From Eledone cirrhosa (taxonomy: Eukaryota), in assembly GCA_964016885.1 (NCBI GenBank), contig OZ024740.1, forward strand, positions 45,880,001 to 45,944,000: a stretch of DNA of 64,000 nt. Direction: 5' to 3'. The notes under the pieces are model-generated. The model ran no database searches, was not told the origin of the DNA, and saw only the letters and a program-made list of their open reading frames with translations. Position 1 is the stretch's first letter; each line of letters starts with the position of its first letter. This document shows positions 1-12,399 of the stretch, piece after piece. A program made the translations under genes and the position numbers.

Positions 1-448
1 TTGTACAGCAAAAATTAGACCTACTGTCTATTGTTGTATGTAAGAAGATATTGGTGTTGTACAGCAAGAATTAGACCTACTGTCTGTTGTTGTGCGTAAC
101 AAGATATTGGTTTTGTACAGCAAGAATTAGACCTACTGTCTGTTGTTGTGTGTAACAAGATATTGGTGTTGTACAGCAGGAATTAGACCTACTGTCTATT
201 GTTGTATGTAACAAGATATTGGTGTTGTACAGCAAGAATTAGACCTACTGTCTATTGTTGTATGTAACAAGATATTGGTGTTGTACAGCAAGAATTAGAC
301 CTACTGTCTATTGTTGTATGTAACAAGATATTGGTGTTGTACAGCATGAATTAGACCTACTGTCTATTGTTGTGTGTAACAAGACATTGGTGTTGTACAG
401 CAAGAATTAGATCTACTGTCTATTGTTGTGTGTAACAAGATATTGGTG

Positions 449-500
449 TTGTACAGCAAGAATTAGGCCTACTGTCTATTGTTGTAATTAGACATTCGTG
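449..500. repeat. 52-bp variant monomer (first example; recurs through the whole window, roughly 1 in 7-10 monomers)
   Basis: TTGTACAGCAAGAATTAGGCCTACTGTCTATTGTTGTAATTAGACATTCGTG, with the next monomer starting at 501. Relative to the 56-mer it has lost one TGTA unit and carries CA>TT and G>C changes. It almost always has the AGGC allele. Confidence 0.97.
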
Positions 501-999
501 TTGTACAGCAAGAATTAGATCTACTGTCTATTGTTGTATGTAACAAGACATTGGTGTTGTACAGCAAGAATTAGATCCACTGTCTATTGTTGTATGTAAC
601 AAGACATTGGTGTTGTACAACAAGAATTAGATCTACTGTCTATTGTTGTATGTAACAAGACATTGGTGTTGTACAGCAAGAATTAGATCTACTGTCTATT
701 GTCGTATGTAACAAGACATTGGTGTTGTACAGCAAGAATTAGGCCTACTGTCTATTGTTGTAATTAGACATTCGTGTTGTACAGCAAGAATTAGATCTAC
801 TGTCTATTGTTGTATGTAACAAGATATTGGTGTTGTACAGCAAGAATTAGATCTACTGTCTATTGTTGTGTGTAACAAGACATTGGTGTTTTACAGCAAG
901 AATTCGATCTACTGTCTATTGTTGTATGTAACAAGATATTGGTGTTGTACAGCAAGAATTAGGCCTACTGTCTATTGTCGTGTGTCACAAGACATTGGT

Positions 1000-3900
1000 G
1001 TTGTACAGCAAGAATTAGATCTATTGTCTATTGTTGTATGTAACAAGATATTGGTGTTGTACAGCAAGAATTAGGCCTACTGTCTATTGTTGTGTGTAAC
1101 AAGACATTGGTGTTGTACAGCAAGAATTAGGCTTACTGTCTATTGTTGTAATTAGACATTCGTGTTGTACAGCAAGAATTAGATCTATTGTCTATTGTTG
1201 TGTGTAACAAGATATTGGTTTTGTACAGCAAGAATTAGATCTACCCTCTATTGTTGTATGTAACAAGACATTGGTGTTGTACAGAAAGAATTAGGCCTAC
1301 TGTCTATTGTTGTAATTAGACATTCGTGTTGTACAGCAAGAATTAGATCTACTGTCTATTGTTGTGTGTAACGAGACATTGGTGTTGTGCAGCAAGAATT
1401 AGATCTACAGTCTATTGTTGTGTGTAACAAGACATTGGTGTTGTACAGCAAGAATTCGATCTACTGTCTATTGTTGTATGTAACAAGATGTTGGTGTTGT
1501 ACAGCAAGAATTAGACCTACTGTCTGTTGTTGTGTGTAATAAGATATTGGTGTTGTACAGCAAGAATTAGACCTACTGTCTATTGTTGTATGTAACAAGA
1601 TATTGGTGTTGTACAGCAAGAATTAGACCTACTGTCTGTTGTTGTGTGTAACAAGATATTGGTGTTGTACAGCAAGAATTAGACCTACTGTCTGTTGTTG
1701 TGTGTAACAAGATATTGGTGTTGTACAGCAAGAATTAGACCCACTGTCTATTGTTGTATGTAACAGGATATTGGTGTTGTACAGCAAGAATTAGACCTAC
1801 TGTCTATTGTTGTATGTAACAAGATATTGGTGTTGTACAGCAAGAATTAGACCTACTGTCTGTTGTTGTGTGTAACAAGATATTGGTGTTGTACAGCAAG
1901 AATTAGACCTACTGTCTATTGTTGTATGTAACAAGATATTGGTGTTGTACAGCAAGAATTAGGCCTATTGTCTATAGTTGTAATTAGACATTCGTGTTGT
2001 ACAGCAAGAATTAGATCTACTGTCTATCGTTGTATGTAACAAGATATTGGTGTTGTACAGCAAGAATTAGACCTACTGTCTGTTGTTGTGTGTAACAAGA
2101 TATTGGTGTTGTACAGCAAGAATTAGACCTACTGTCTATTGTTGTATGTAACAAGATATTGGTGTTGTACAGCAAGAATTAGGCCTACTGTCTATTGTTG
2201 TATGTAACAAGATATTGGTGTTGTACAGCAAGAATTAGACCTACTGTCTATTGTTGTATGTAACAAGATATTGGTGTAGTACAGCAAGAATTAGACCTAC
2301 TGTCTATTGTTGTATGTAACAAGATATTGGTGTTGTACAGCAAGAATTAGACCTACTGTCTATTGTTGTGTGTAACAAGACATTGGTGTTGTACAGCAAG
2401 AATTAGATCTACTGTCTATTGTTGTGTGTAACAAGATATTGGTGTTGTACAGCAAGAATTAGGCCTACTGTCTATTGTTGTAATTAGTCATTCGTGTTGT
2501 ACAGCAAGAATTAGATCTACTGTCTATTGTTGTATGTAAGAAGACATTGGTGTTGTAGAGCAAGAATTAGATCTACTGTCTATTGTTGTATGTAACAAGA
2601 CATTGGTGTTGTACAACAAGAATTAGATCTACTGTCTATTGTTGTATGTAACAAGACATTGGTGTTGTACAGCAAGAATTAGATCTACTGTCTATTGTTG
2701 TATGTAACAATATATTGGTGTTGTACAGCAAGAATTAGGCCTACTGTCTATTGTTGTATGTAACAAGATATTGGTGTTGTACAGCAAGAATTAGGCCTAC
2801 TGTCTATTGTTGTGTGTAACAAGACATTGGTGTTGTACAGCAAGAATTAGGCTTACTGTCTATTGTTGTAATTAGACATTCGTGTTGTACAGCAAGAATT
2901 AGATCTATTGTCTATTGTTGTGTGTAACAAGATATTGGTTTTGTACAGCAAGAATTAGATCTACCCTCTATTGTTGTATGTAACAAGACATTGGTGTTGT
3001 ACAGAAAGAATTAGGCCTACTGTCTATTGTTGTAATTAGACATTCGTGTTGTACAGCAAGAATTAGATCTACTGTCTATTGTTGTGTGTAACGAGACATT
3101 GGTGTTGTGCAGCAAGAATTAGATCTACAGTCTATTGTTGTGTGTAACAAGACATTGGTGTTGTACAGCAAGAATTCGATCTACTGTCTATTGTTGTATG
3201 TAACAAGATGTTGGTGTTGTACAGCAAGAATTAGACCTACTGTCTGTTGTTGTGTGTAATAAGATATTGGTGTTGTACAGCAAGAATTAGACCTACTGTC
3301 TATTGTTGTATGTAACAAGATATTGGTGTTGTACAGCAAGAATTAGACCTACTGTCTGTTGTTGTGTGTAACAAGATATTGGTGTTGTACAGCAAGAATT
3401 AGACCTACTGTCTGTTGTTGTGTGTAACAAGATATTGGTGTTGTACAGCAAGAATTAGACCCACTGTCTATTGTTGTATGTAACAGGATATTGGTGTTGT
3501 ACAGCAAGAATTAGACCTACTGTCTATTGTTGTATGTAACAAGATATTGGTGTTGTACAGCAAGAATTAGACCTACTGTCTGTTGTTGTGTGTAACAAGA
3601 TATTGGTGTTGTACAGCAAGAATTAGACCTACTGTCTATTGTTGTATGTAACAAGATATTGGTGTTGTACAGCAAGAATTAGGCCTATTGTCTATAGTTG
3701 TAATTAGACATTCGTGTTGTACAGCAAGAATTAGATCTACTGTCTATCGTTGTATGTAACAAGATATTGGTGTTGTACAGCAAGAATTAGACCTACTGTC
3801 TGTTGTTGTGTGTAACAAGATATTGGTGTTGTACAGCAAGAATTAGACCTACTGTCTATTGTTGTATGTAACAAGATATTGGTGTTGTACAGCAAGAATT

Positions 3901-6900
3901 AGGCCTACTGTCTATTGTTGTATGTAACAAGATATTGGTGTTGTACAGCAAGAATTAGACCTACTGTCTATTGTTGTATGTAACAAGATATTGGTGTAGT
4001 ACAGCAAGAATTAGACCTACTGTCTATTGTTGTATGTAACAAGATATTGGTGTTGTACAGCAAGAATTAGACCTACTGTCTATTGTTGTGTGTAACAAGA
4101 CATTGGTGTTGTACAGCAAGAATTAGATCTACTGTCTATTGTTGTGTGTAACAAGATATTGGTGTTGTACAGCAAGAATTAGGCCTACTGTCTATTGTTG
4201 TAATTAGTCATTCGTGTTGTACAGCAAGAATTAGATCTACTGTCTATTGTTGTATGTAAGAAGACATTGGTGTTGTACAGCAAGAATTAGATCTACTGTC
4301 TATTGTTGTATGTAACAAGACATTGGTGTTGTACAGCAAGAATTAGATCCACTGTCTATTGTTGTATGTAACAAGACATTGGTGTTGTACAACAAGAATT
4401 AGATCTACTGTCTATTGTTGTATGTAACAAGACATTGGTGTTGTACAGCAAGAATTAGATCTACTGTCTATTGTCGTATGTAACAAGACATTGGTGTTGT
4501 ACAGCAAGAATTAGGCCTACTGTCTATTGTTGTAATTAGACATTCGTGTTGTACAGCAAGAATTAGATCTACTGTCTATTGTTGTATGTAACAAGATATT
4601 GGTGTTGTACAGCAAGAATTAGATCTACTGTCTATTGTTGTGTGTAACAAGACATTGGTGTTGTGCAGCAAGAATTAGATCTACTGTCTATTGTTGTGTG
4701 TAACAAGACATTGGTGTTTTACAGCAAGAATTCGATCTACTGTCTATTGTTGTATGTAACAAGATATTGGTGTTGTACAGCAAGAATTAGGCCTACTGTT
4801 TATTGTCGTGTGTCACAAGACATTGGTGTTGTACAGCAAGAATTAGATCTATTGTCTATTGTTGTATGTAACAAGATATTGGTGTTGTACAGCAAGAATT
4901 AGGCCTACTGTCTATTGTTGTGTGTAACAAGACATTGGTGTTGTACAGCAAGAATTAGGCTTACTGTCTATTGTTGTAATTAGACATTCGTGTTGTACAG
5001 CAAGAATTAGATCTATTGTCTATTGTTGTGTGTAACAAGATATTGGTTTTGTACAGCAAGAATTAGATCTACCCTCTATTGTTGTATGTAACAAGACATT
5101 GGTGTTGTACAGAAAGAATTAGGCCTACTGTCTATTGTTGTAATTAGACATTCGGGGTACAGCAAGAATTAGATCTACTGTCTATTGTTGTGTGTAACGA
5201 GACATTGGTGTTGTGCAGCAAGAATTAGATCTACAGTCTATTGTTGTGTGTAACAAGACATTGGTGTTGTACAGCAAGAATTCGATCTACTGTCTATTGT
5301 TGTATGTAACAAGATGTTGGTGTTGTACAGCAAGAATTAGACCTACTGTCTGTTGTTGTGTGTAATAAGATATTGGTGTTGTACAGCAAGAATTAGACCT
5401 ACTGTCTATTGTTGTATGTAACAAGATATTGGTGTTGTACAGCAAGAATTAGACCTACTGTCTGTTGTTGTGTGTAACAAGATATTGGTGTTGTACAGCA
5501 AGAATTAGACCTACTGTCTGTTGTTGTGTGTAACAAGATATTGGTGTTGTACAGCAAGAATTAGACCCACTGTCTATTGTTGTATGTAACAGGATATTGG
5601 TGTTGTACAGCAAGAATTAGACCTACTGTCTATTGTTGTATGTAACAAGATATTGGTGTTGTACAGCAAGAATTAGACCTACTGTCTGTTGTTGTGTGTA
5701 ACAAGATATTGGTGTTGTACAGCAAGAATTAGACCTACTGTCTATTGTTGTATGTAACAAGATATTGGTGTTGTACAGCAAGAATTAGGCCTATTGTCTA
5801 TAGTTGTAATTAGACATTCGTGTTGTACAGCAAGAATTAGATCTACTGTCTATCGTTGTATGTAACAAGATATTGGTGTTGTACAGCAAGAATTAGACCT
5901 ACTGTCTGTTGTTGTGTGTAACAAGATATTGGTGTTGTACAGCAAGAATTAGACCTACTGTCTATTGTTGTATGTAACAAGATATTGGTGTTGTACAGCA
6001 AGAATTAGGCCTACTGTCTATTGTTGTATGTAACAAGATATTGGTGTTGTACAGCAAGAATTAGACCTACTGTCTATTGTTGTATGTAACAAGATATTGG
6101 TGTAGTACAGCAAGAATTAGACCTACTGTCTATTGTTGTATGTAACAAGATATTGGTGTTGTACAGCAAGAATTAGACCTACTGTCTATTGTTGTGTGTA
6201 ACAAGACATTGGTGTTGTACAGCAAGAATTAGATCTACTGTCTATTGTTGTGTGTAACAAGATATTGGTGTTGTACAGCAAGAATTAGGCCTACTGTCTA
6301 TTGTTGTAATTAGTCATTCGTGTTGTACAGCAAGAATTAGATCTACTGTCTATTGTTGTATGTAAGAAGACATTGGTGTTGTAGAGCAAGAATTAGATCT
6401 ACTGTCTATTGTTGTATGTAACAAGACATTGGTGTTGTACAACAAGAATTAGATCTACTGTCTATTGTTGTATGTAACAAGACATTGGTGTTGTACAGCA
6501 AGAATTAGATCTACTGTCTATTGTTGTATGTAACAATATATTGGTGTTGTACAGCAAGAATTAGGCCTACTGTCTATTGTTGTATGTAACAAGATATTGG
6601 TGTTGTACAGCAAGAATTAGGCCTACTGTCTATTGTTGTGTGTAACAAGACATTGGTGTTGTACAGCAAGAATTAGGCTTACTGTCTATTGTTGTAATTA
6701 GACATTCGTGTTGTACAGCAAGAATTAGATCTATTGTCTATTGTTGTGTGTAACAAGATATTGGTTTTGTACAGCAAGAATTAGATCTACCCTCTATTGT
6801 TGTATGTAACAAGACATTGGTGTTGTACAGAAAGAATTAGGCCTACTGTCTATTGTTGTAATTAGACATTCGTGTTGTACAGCAAGAATTAGATCTACTG

Positions 6901-9900
6901 TCTATTGTTGTGTGTAACGAGACATTGGTGTTGTGCAGCAAGAATTAGATCTACAGTCTATTGTTGTGTGTAACAAGACATTGGTGTTGTACAGCAAGAA
7001 TTCGATCTACTGTCTATTGTTGTATGTAACAAGATGTTGGTGTTGTACAGCAAGAATTAGACCTACTGTCTGTTGTTGTGTGTAATAAGATATTGGTGTT
7101 GTACAGCAAGAATTAGACCTACTGTCTATTGTTGTATGTAACAAGATATTGGTGTTGTACAGCAAGAATTAGACCTACTGTCTGTTGTTGTGTGTAACAA
7201 GATATTGGTGTTGTACAGCAAGAATTAGACCTACTGTCTGTTGTTGTGTGTAACAAGATATTGGTGTTGTACAGCAAGAATTAGACCCACTGTCTATTGT
7301 TGTATGTAACAGGATATTGGTGTTGTACAGCAAGAATTAGACCTACTGTCTATTGTTGTATGTAACAAGATATTGGTGTTGTACAGCAAGAATTAGACCT
7401 ACTGTCTGTTGTTGTGTGTAACAAGATATTGGTGTTGTACAGCAAGAATTAGACCTACTGTCTATTGTTGTATGTAACAAGATATTGGTGTTGTACAGCA
7501 AGAATTAGGCCTATTGTCTATAGTTGTAATTAGACATTCGTGTTGTACAGCAAGAATTAGATCTACTGTCTATCGTTGTATGTAACAAGATATTGGTGTT
7601 GTACAGCAAGAATTAGACCTACTGTCTGTTGTTGTGTGTAACAAGATATTGGTGTTGTACAGCAAGAATTAGACCTACTGTCTATTGTTGTATGTAACAA
7701 GATATTGGTGTTGTACAGCAAGAATTAGGCCTACTGTCTATTGTTGTATGTAACAAGATATTGGTGTTGTACAGCAAGAATTAGACCTACTGTCTATTGT
7801 TGTATGTAACAAGATATTGGTGTAGTACAGCAAGAATTAGACCTACTGTCTATTGTTGTATGTAACAAGATATTGGTGTTGTACAGCAAGAATTAGACCT
7901 ACTGTCTATTGTTGTGTGTAACAAGACATTGGTGTTGTACAGCAAGAATTAGATCTACTGTCTATTGTTGTGTGTAACAAGATATTGGTGTTGTACAGCA
8001 AGAATTAGGCCTACTGTCTATTGTTGTAATTAGTCATTCGTGTTGTACAGCAAGAATTAGATCTACTGTCTATTGTTGTATGTAAGAAGACATTGGTGTT
8101 GTACAGCAAGAATTAGATCTACTGTCTATTGTTGTATGTAACAAGACATTGGTGTTGTACAACAAGAATTAGATCTACTGTCTATTGTTGTATGTAACAA
8201 GACATTGGTGTTGTACAGCAAGAATTAGATCTACTGTCTATTGTTGTATGTAACAATATATTGGTGTTGTACAGCAAGAATTAGGCCTACTGTCTATTGT
8301 CGTGTGTCACAAGACATTGGTGTTGTACAGCAAGAATTTGATCTATTGTCTATTGTTGTATGTAACAAGACATTGGTGTTGTACAGCAAGAATTAGATCT
8401 ATTGTCTATTGTTGTGTGTAACAAGATATTGGTTTTGTACAGCAAGAATTAGATCTACCCTCTATTGTTGTATGTAACAAGACATTGGTGTTGTACAGAA
8501 AGAATTAGGCCTACTGTCTATTGTTGTAATTAGACATTCGTGTTGTACAGCAAGAATTAGATCTACTGTCTATTGTTGTGTGTAACGAGACATTGGTGTT
8601 GTGCAGCAAGAATTAGATCTACAGTCTATTGTTGTGTGTAACAAGACATTGGTGTTGTACAGCAAGAATTCGATCTACTGTCTATTGTTGTATGTAACAA
8701 GATGTTGGTGTTGTACAGCAAGAATTAGACCTACTGTCTGTTGTTGTGTGTAATAAGATATTGGTGTTGTACAGCAAGAATTAGACCTACTGTCTATTGT
8801 TGTATGTAACAAGATATTGGTGTTGTACAGCAAGAATTAGACCTACTGTCTGTTGTTGTGTGTAACAAGATATTGGTGTTGTACAGCAAGAATTAGACCT
8901 ACTGTCTGTTGTTGTGTGTAACAAGATATTGGTGTTGTACAGCAAGAATTAGACCCACTGTCTATTGTTGTATGTAACAGGATATTGGTGTTGTACAGCA
9001 AGAATTAGACCTACTGTCTATTGTTGTATGTAACAAGATATTGGTGTTGTACAGCAAGAATTAGACCTACTGTCTGTTGTTGTGTGTAACAAGATATTGG
9101 TGTTGTACAGCAAGAATTAGACCTACTGTCTATTGTTGTATGTAACAAGATATTGGTGTTGTACAGCAAGAATTAGGCCTATTGTCTATAGTTGTAATTA
9201 GACATTCGTGTTGTACAGCAAGAATTAGATCTACTGTCTATCGTTGTATGTAACAAGATATTGGTGTTGTACAGCAAGAATTAGACCTACTGTCTGTTGT
9301 TGTGTGTAACAAGATATTGGTGTTGTACAGCAAGAATTAGACCTACTGTCTATTGTTGTATGTAACAAGATATTGGTGTTGTACAGCAAGAATTAGGCCT
9401 ACTGTCTATTGTTGTATGTAACAAGATATTGGTGTTGTACAGCAAGAATTAGACCTACTGTCTATTGTTGTATGTAACAAGATATTGGTGTAGTACAGCA
9501 AGAATTAGACCTACTGTCTATTGTTGTATGTAACAAGATATTGGTGTTGTACAGCAAGAATTAGACCTACTGTCTATTGTTGTGTGTAACAAGACATTGG
9601 TGTTGTACAGCAAGAATTAGATCTACTGTCTATTGTTGTGTGTAACAAGATATTGGTGTTGTACAGCAAGAATTAGGCCTACTGTCTATTGTTGTAATTA
9701 GTCATTCGTGTTGTACAGCAAGAATTAGATCTACTGTCTATTGTTGTATGTAAGAAGACATTGGTGTTGTACAGCAAGAATTAGATCTACTGTCTATTGT
9801 TGTATGTAACAAGACATTGGTGTTGTACAACAAGAATTAGATCTACTGTCTATTGTTGTATGTAACAAGACATTGGTGTTGTACAGCAAGAATTAGATCT

Positions 9901-12100
9901 ACTGTCTATTGTTGTATGTAACAATATATTGGTGTTGTACAGCAAGAATTAGGCCTACTGTCTATTGTCGTGTGTCACAAGACATTGGTGTTGTACAGCA
10001 AGAATTTGATCTATTGTCTATTGTTGTATGTAACAAGACATTGGTGTTGTACAGCAAGAATTAGATCTATTGTCTATTGTTGTGTGTAACAAGATATTGG
10101 TTTTGTACAGCAAGAATTAGATCTACCCTCTATTGTTGTATGTAACAAGACATTGGTGTTGTACAGAAAGAATTAGGCCTACTGTCTATTGTTGTAATTA
10201 GACATTCGTGTTGTACAGCAAGAATTAGATCTACTGTCTATTGTTGTGTGTAACGAGACATTGGTGTTGTGCAGCAAGAATTAGATCTACAGTCTATTGT
10301 TGTGTGTAACAAGACATTGGTGTTGTACAGCAAGAATTCGATCTACTGTCTATTGTTGTATGTAACAAGATGTTGGTGTTGTACAGCAAGAATTAGACCT
10401 ACTGTCTGTTGTTGTGTGTAATAAGATATTGGTGTTGTACAGCAAGAATTAGACCTACTGTCTATTGTTGTATGTAACAAGATATTGGTGTTGTACAGCA
10501 AGAATTAGACCTACTGTCTGTTGTTGTGTGTAACAAGATATTGGTGTTGTACAGCAAGAATTAGACCTACTGTCTGTTGTTGTGTGTAACAAGATATTGG
10601 TGTTGTACAGCAAGAATTAGACCCACTGTCTATTGTTGTATGTAACAGGATATTGGTGTTGTACAGCAAGAATTAGACCTACTGTCTATTGTTGTATGTA
10701 ACAAGATATTGGTGTTGTACAGCAAGAATTAGACCTACTGTCTGTTGTTGTGTGTAACAAGATATTGGTGTTGTACAGCAAGAATTAGACCTACTGTCTA
10801 TTGTTGTATGTAACAAGATATTGGTGTTGTACAGCAAGAATTAGGCCTATTGACTATAGTTGTAATTAGACATTCGTGTTGTACAGCAAGAATTAGATCT
10901 ACTGTCTATCGTTGTATGTAACAAGATATTGGTGTTGTACAGCAAGAATTAGACCTACTGTCTGTTGTTGTGTGTAACAAGATATTGGTGTTGTACAGCA
11001 AGAATTAGACCTACTGTCTATTGTTGTATGTAACAAGATATTGGTGTTGTACAGCAAGAATTAGGCCTACTGTCTATTGTTGTATGTAACAAGATATTGG
11101 TGTTGTACAGCAAGAATTAGACCTACTGTCTATTGTTGTATGTAACAAGATATTGGTGTAGTACAGCAAGAATTAGACCTACTGTCTATTGTTGTATGTA
11201 ACAAGATATTGGTGTTGTACAGCAAGAATTAGACCTACTGTCTATTGTTGTGTGTAACAAGACATTGGTGTTGTACAGCAAGAATTAGATCTACTGTCTA
11301 TTGTTGTGTGTAACAAGATATTGGTGTTGTACAGCAAGAATTAGGCCTACTGTCTATTGTTGTAATTAGTCATTCGTGTTGTACAGCAAGAATTAGATCT
11401 ACTGTCTATTGTTGTATGTAAGAAGACATTGGTGTTGTACAGCAAGAATTAGATCTACTGTCTATTGTTGTATGTAACAAGACATTGGTGTTGTACAACA
11501 AGAATTAGATCTACTGTCTATTGTTGTATGTAACAAGACATTGGTGTTGTACAGCAAGAATTAGATCTACTGTCTATTGTTGTATGTAACAATATATTGG
11601 TGTTGTACAGCAAGAATTAGGCCTACTGTCTATTGTCGTGTGTCACAAGACATTGGTGTTGTACAGCAAGAATTAGATCTATTGTCTATTGTTGTATGTA
11701 ACAAGATATTGGTGTTGTACAGCAAGAATTAGGCCTACTGTCTATTGTTGTGTGTAACAAGACATTGGTGTTGTACAGCAAGAATTAGGCTTACTGTCTA
11801 TTGTTGTAATTAGACATTCGTGTTGTACAGCAAGAATTAGATCTATTGTCTATTGTTGTGTGTAACAAGATATTGGTTTTGTACAGCAAGAATTAGATCT
11901 ACCCTCTATTGTTGTATGTAACAAGACATTGGTGTTGTACAGAAAGAATTAGGCCTACTGTCTATTGTTGTAATTAGACATTCGTGTTGTACAGCAAGAA
12001 TTAGATCTACTGTCTATTGTTGTGTGTAACAAGACATTGGTGTTGTGCAGCAAGAATTAGATCTACAGTCTATTGTTGTGTGTAAATAGACATCGGTGTT
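1000..12100. repeat. Higher-order repeat A: about six copies of a 30-38-monomer unit (1,668 / 1,720 / 2,106 bp)
   Basis: The CCAC of the GACCCAC variant lies at 1741, 3461, 5567, 7287, 8955 and 10623, giving spacings of 1720, 2106, 1720, 1668 and 1668. Markers TAACGAGAC, TAATAAGAT, GGTGTAGTAC and TAGTCATTCG recur once per unit. 1720=31x56-4x4 and 1668=30x56-3x4. Boundaries are approximate. Confidence 0.92.
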
Positions 12101-12399
12101 GTACAGCAAGAATTCGATCTACTGTCTATTGTTGTATGTAACAAGATGTTGGTGTTTTACAGCAAGAATTAGACCTACTGTCTGTTGTTGTGTGTAACAA
12201 GATATTGGTGTTGTACAGCAAGAATTAGACCTACTGTCTATTGTTGTATGTAACAAGATATTGGTGTTGTACAGCAAGAATTAGACCTACTGTCTGTTGT
12301 TGTGTGTAACAAGATATTGGTGTTGTACAGCAAGAATTAGACCTACTGTCTGTTGTTGTGTGTAACAAGATATTGGTGTTGTACAGCAAGAATTAGACC

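Noticed and set aside
490-510. CENP-B box in the 52-mer (TTCGTGTTG...)
   Set aside because: Only the TTCG part matches. The required downstream A..CGGG of the 17-bp box is absent.
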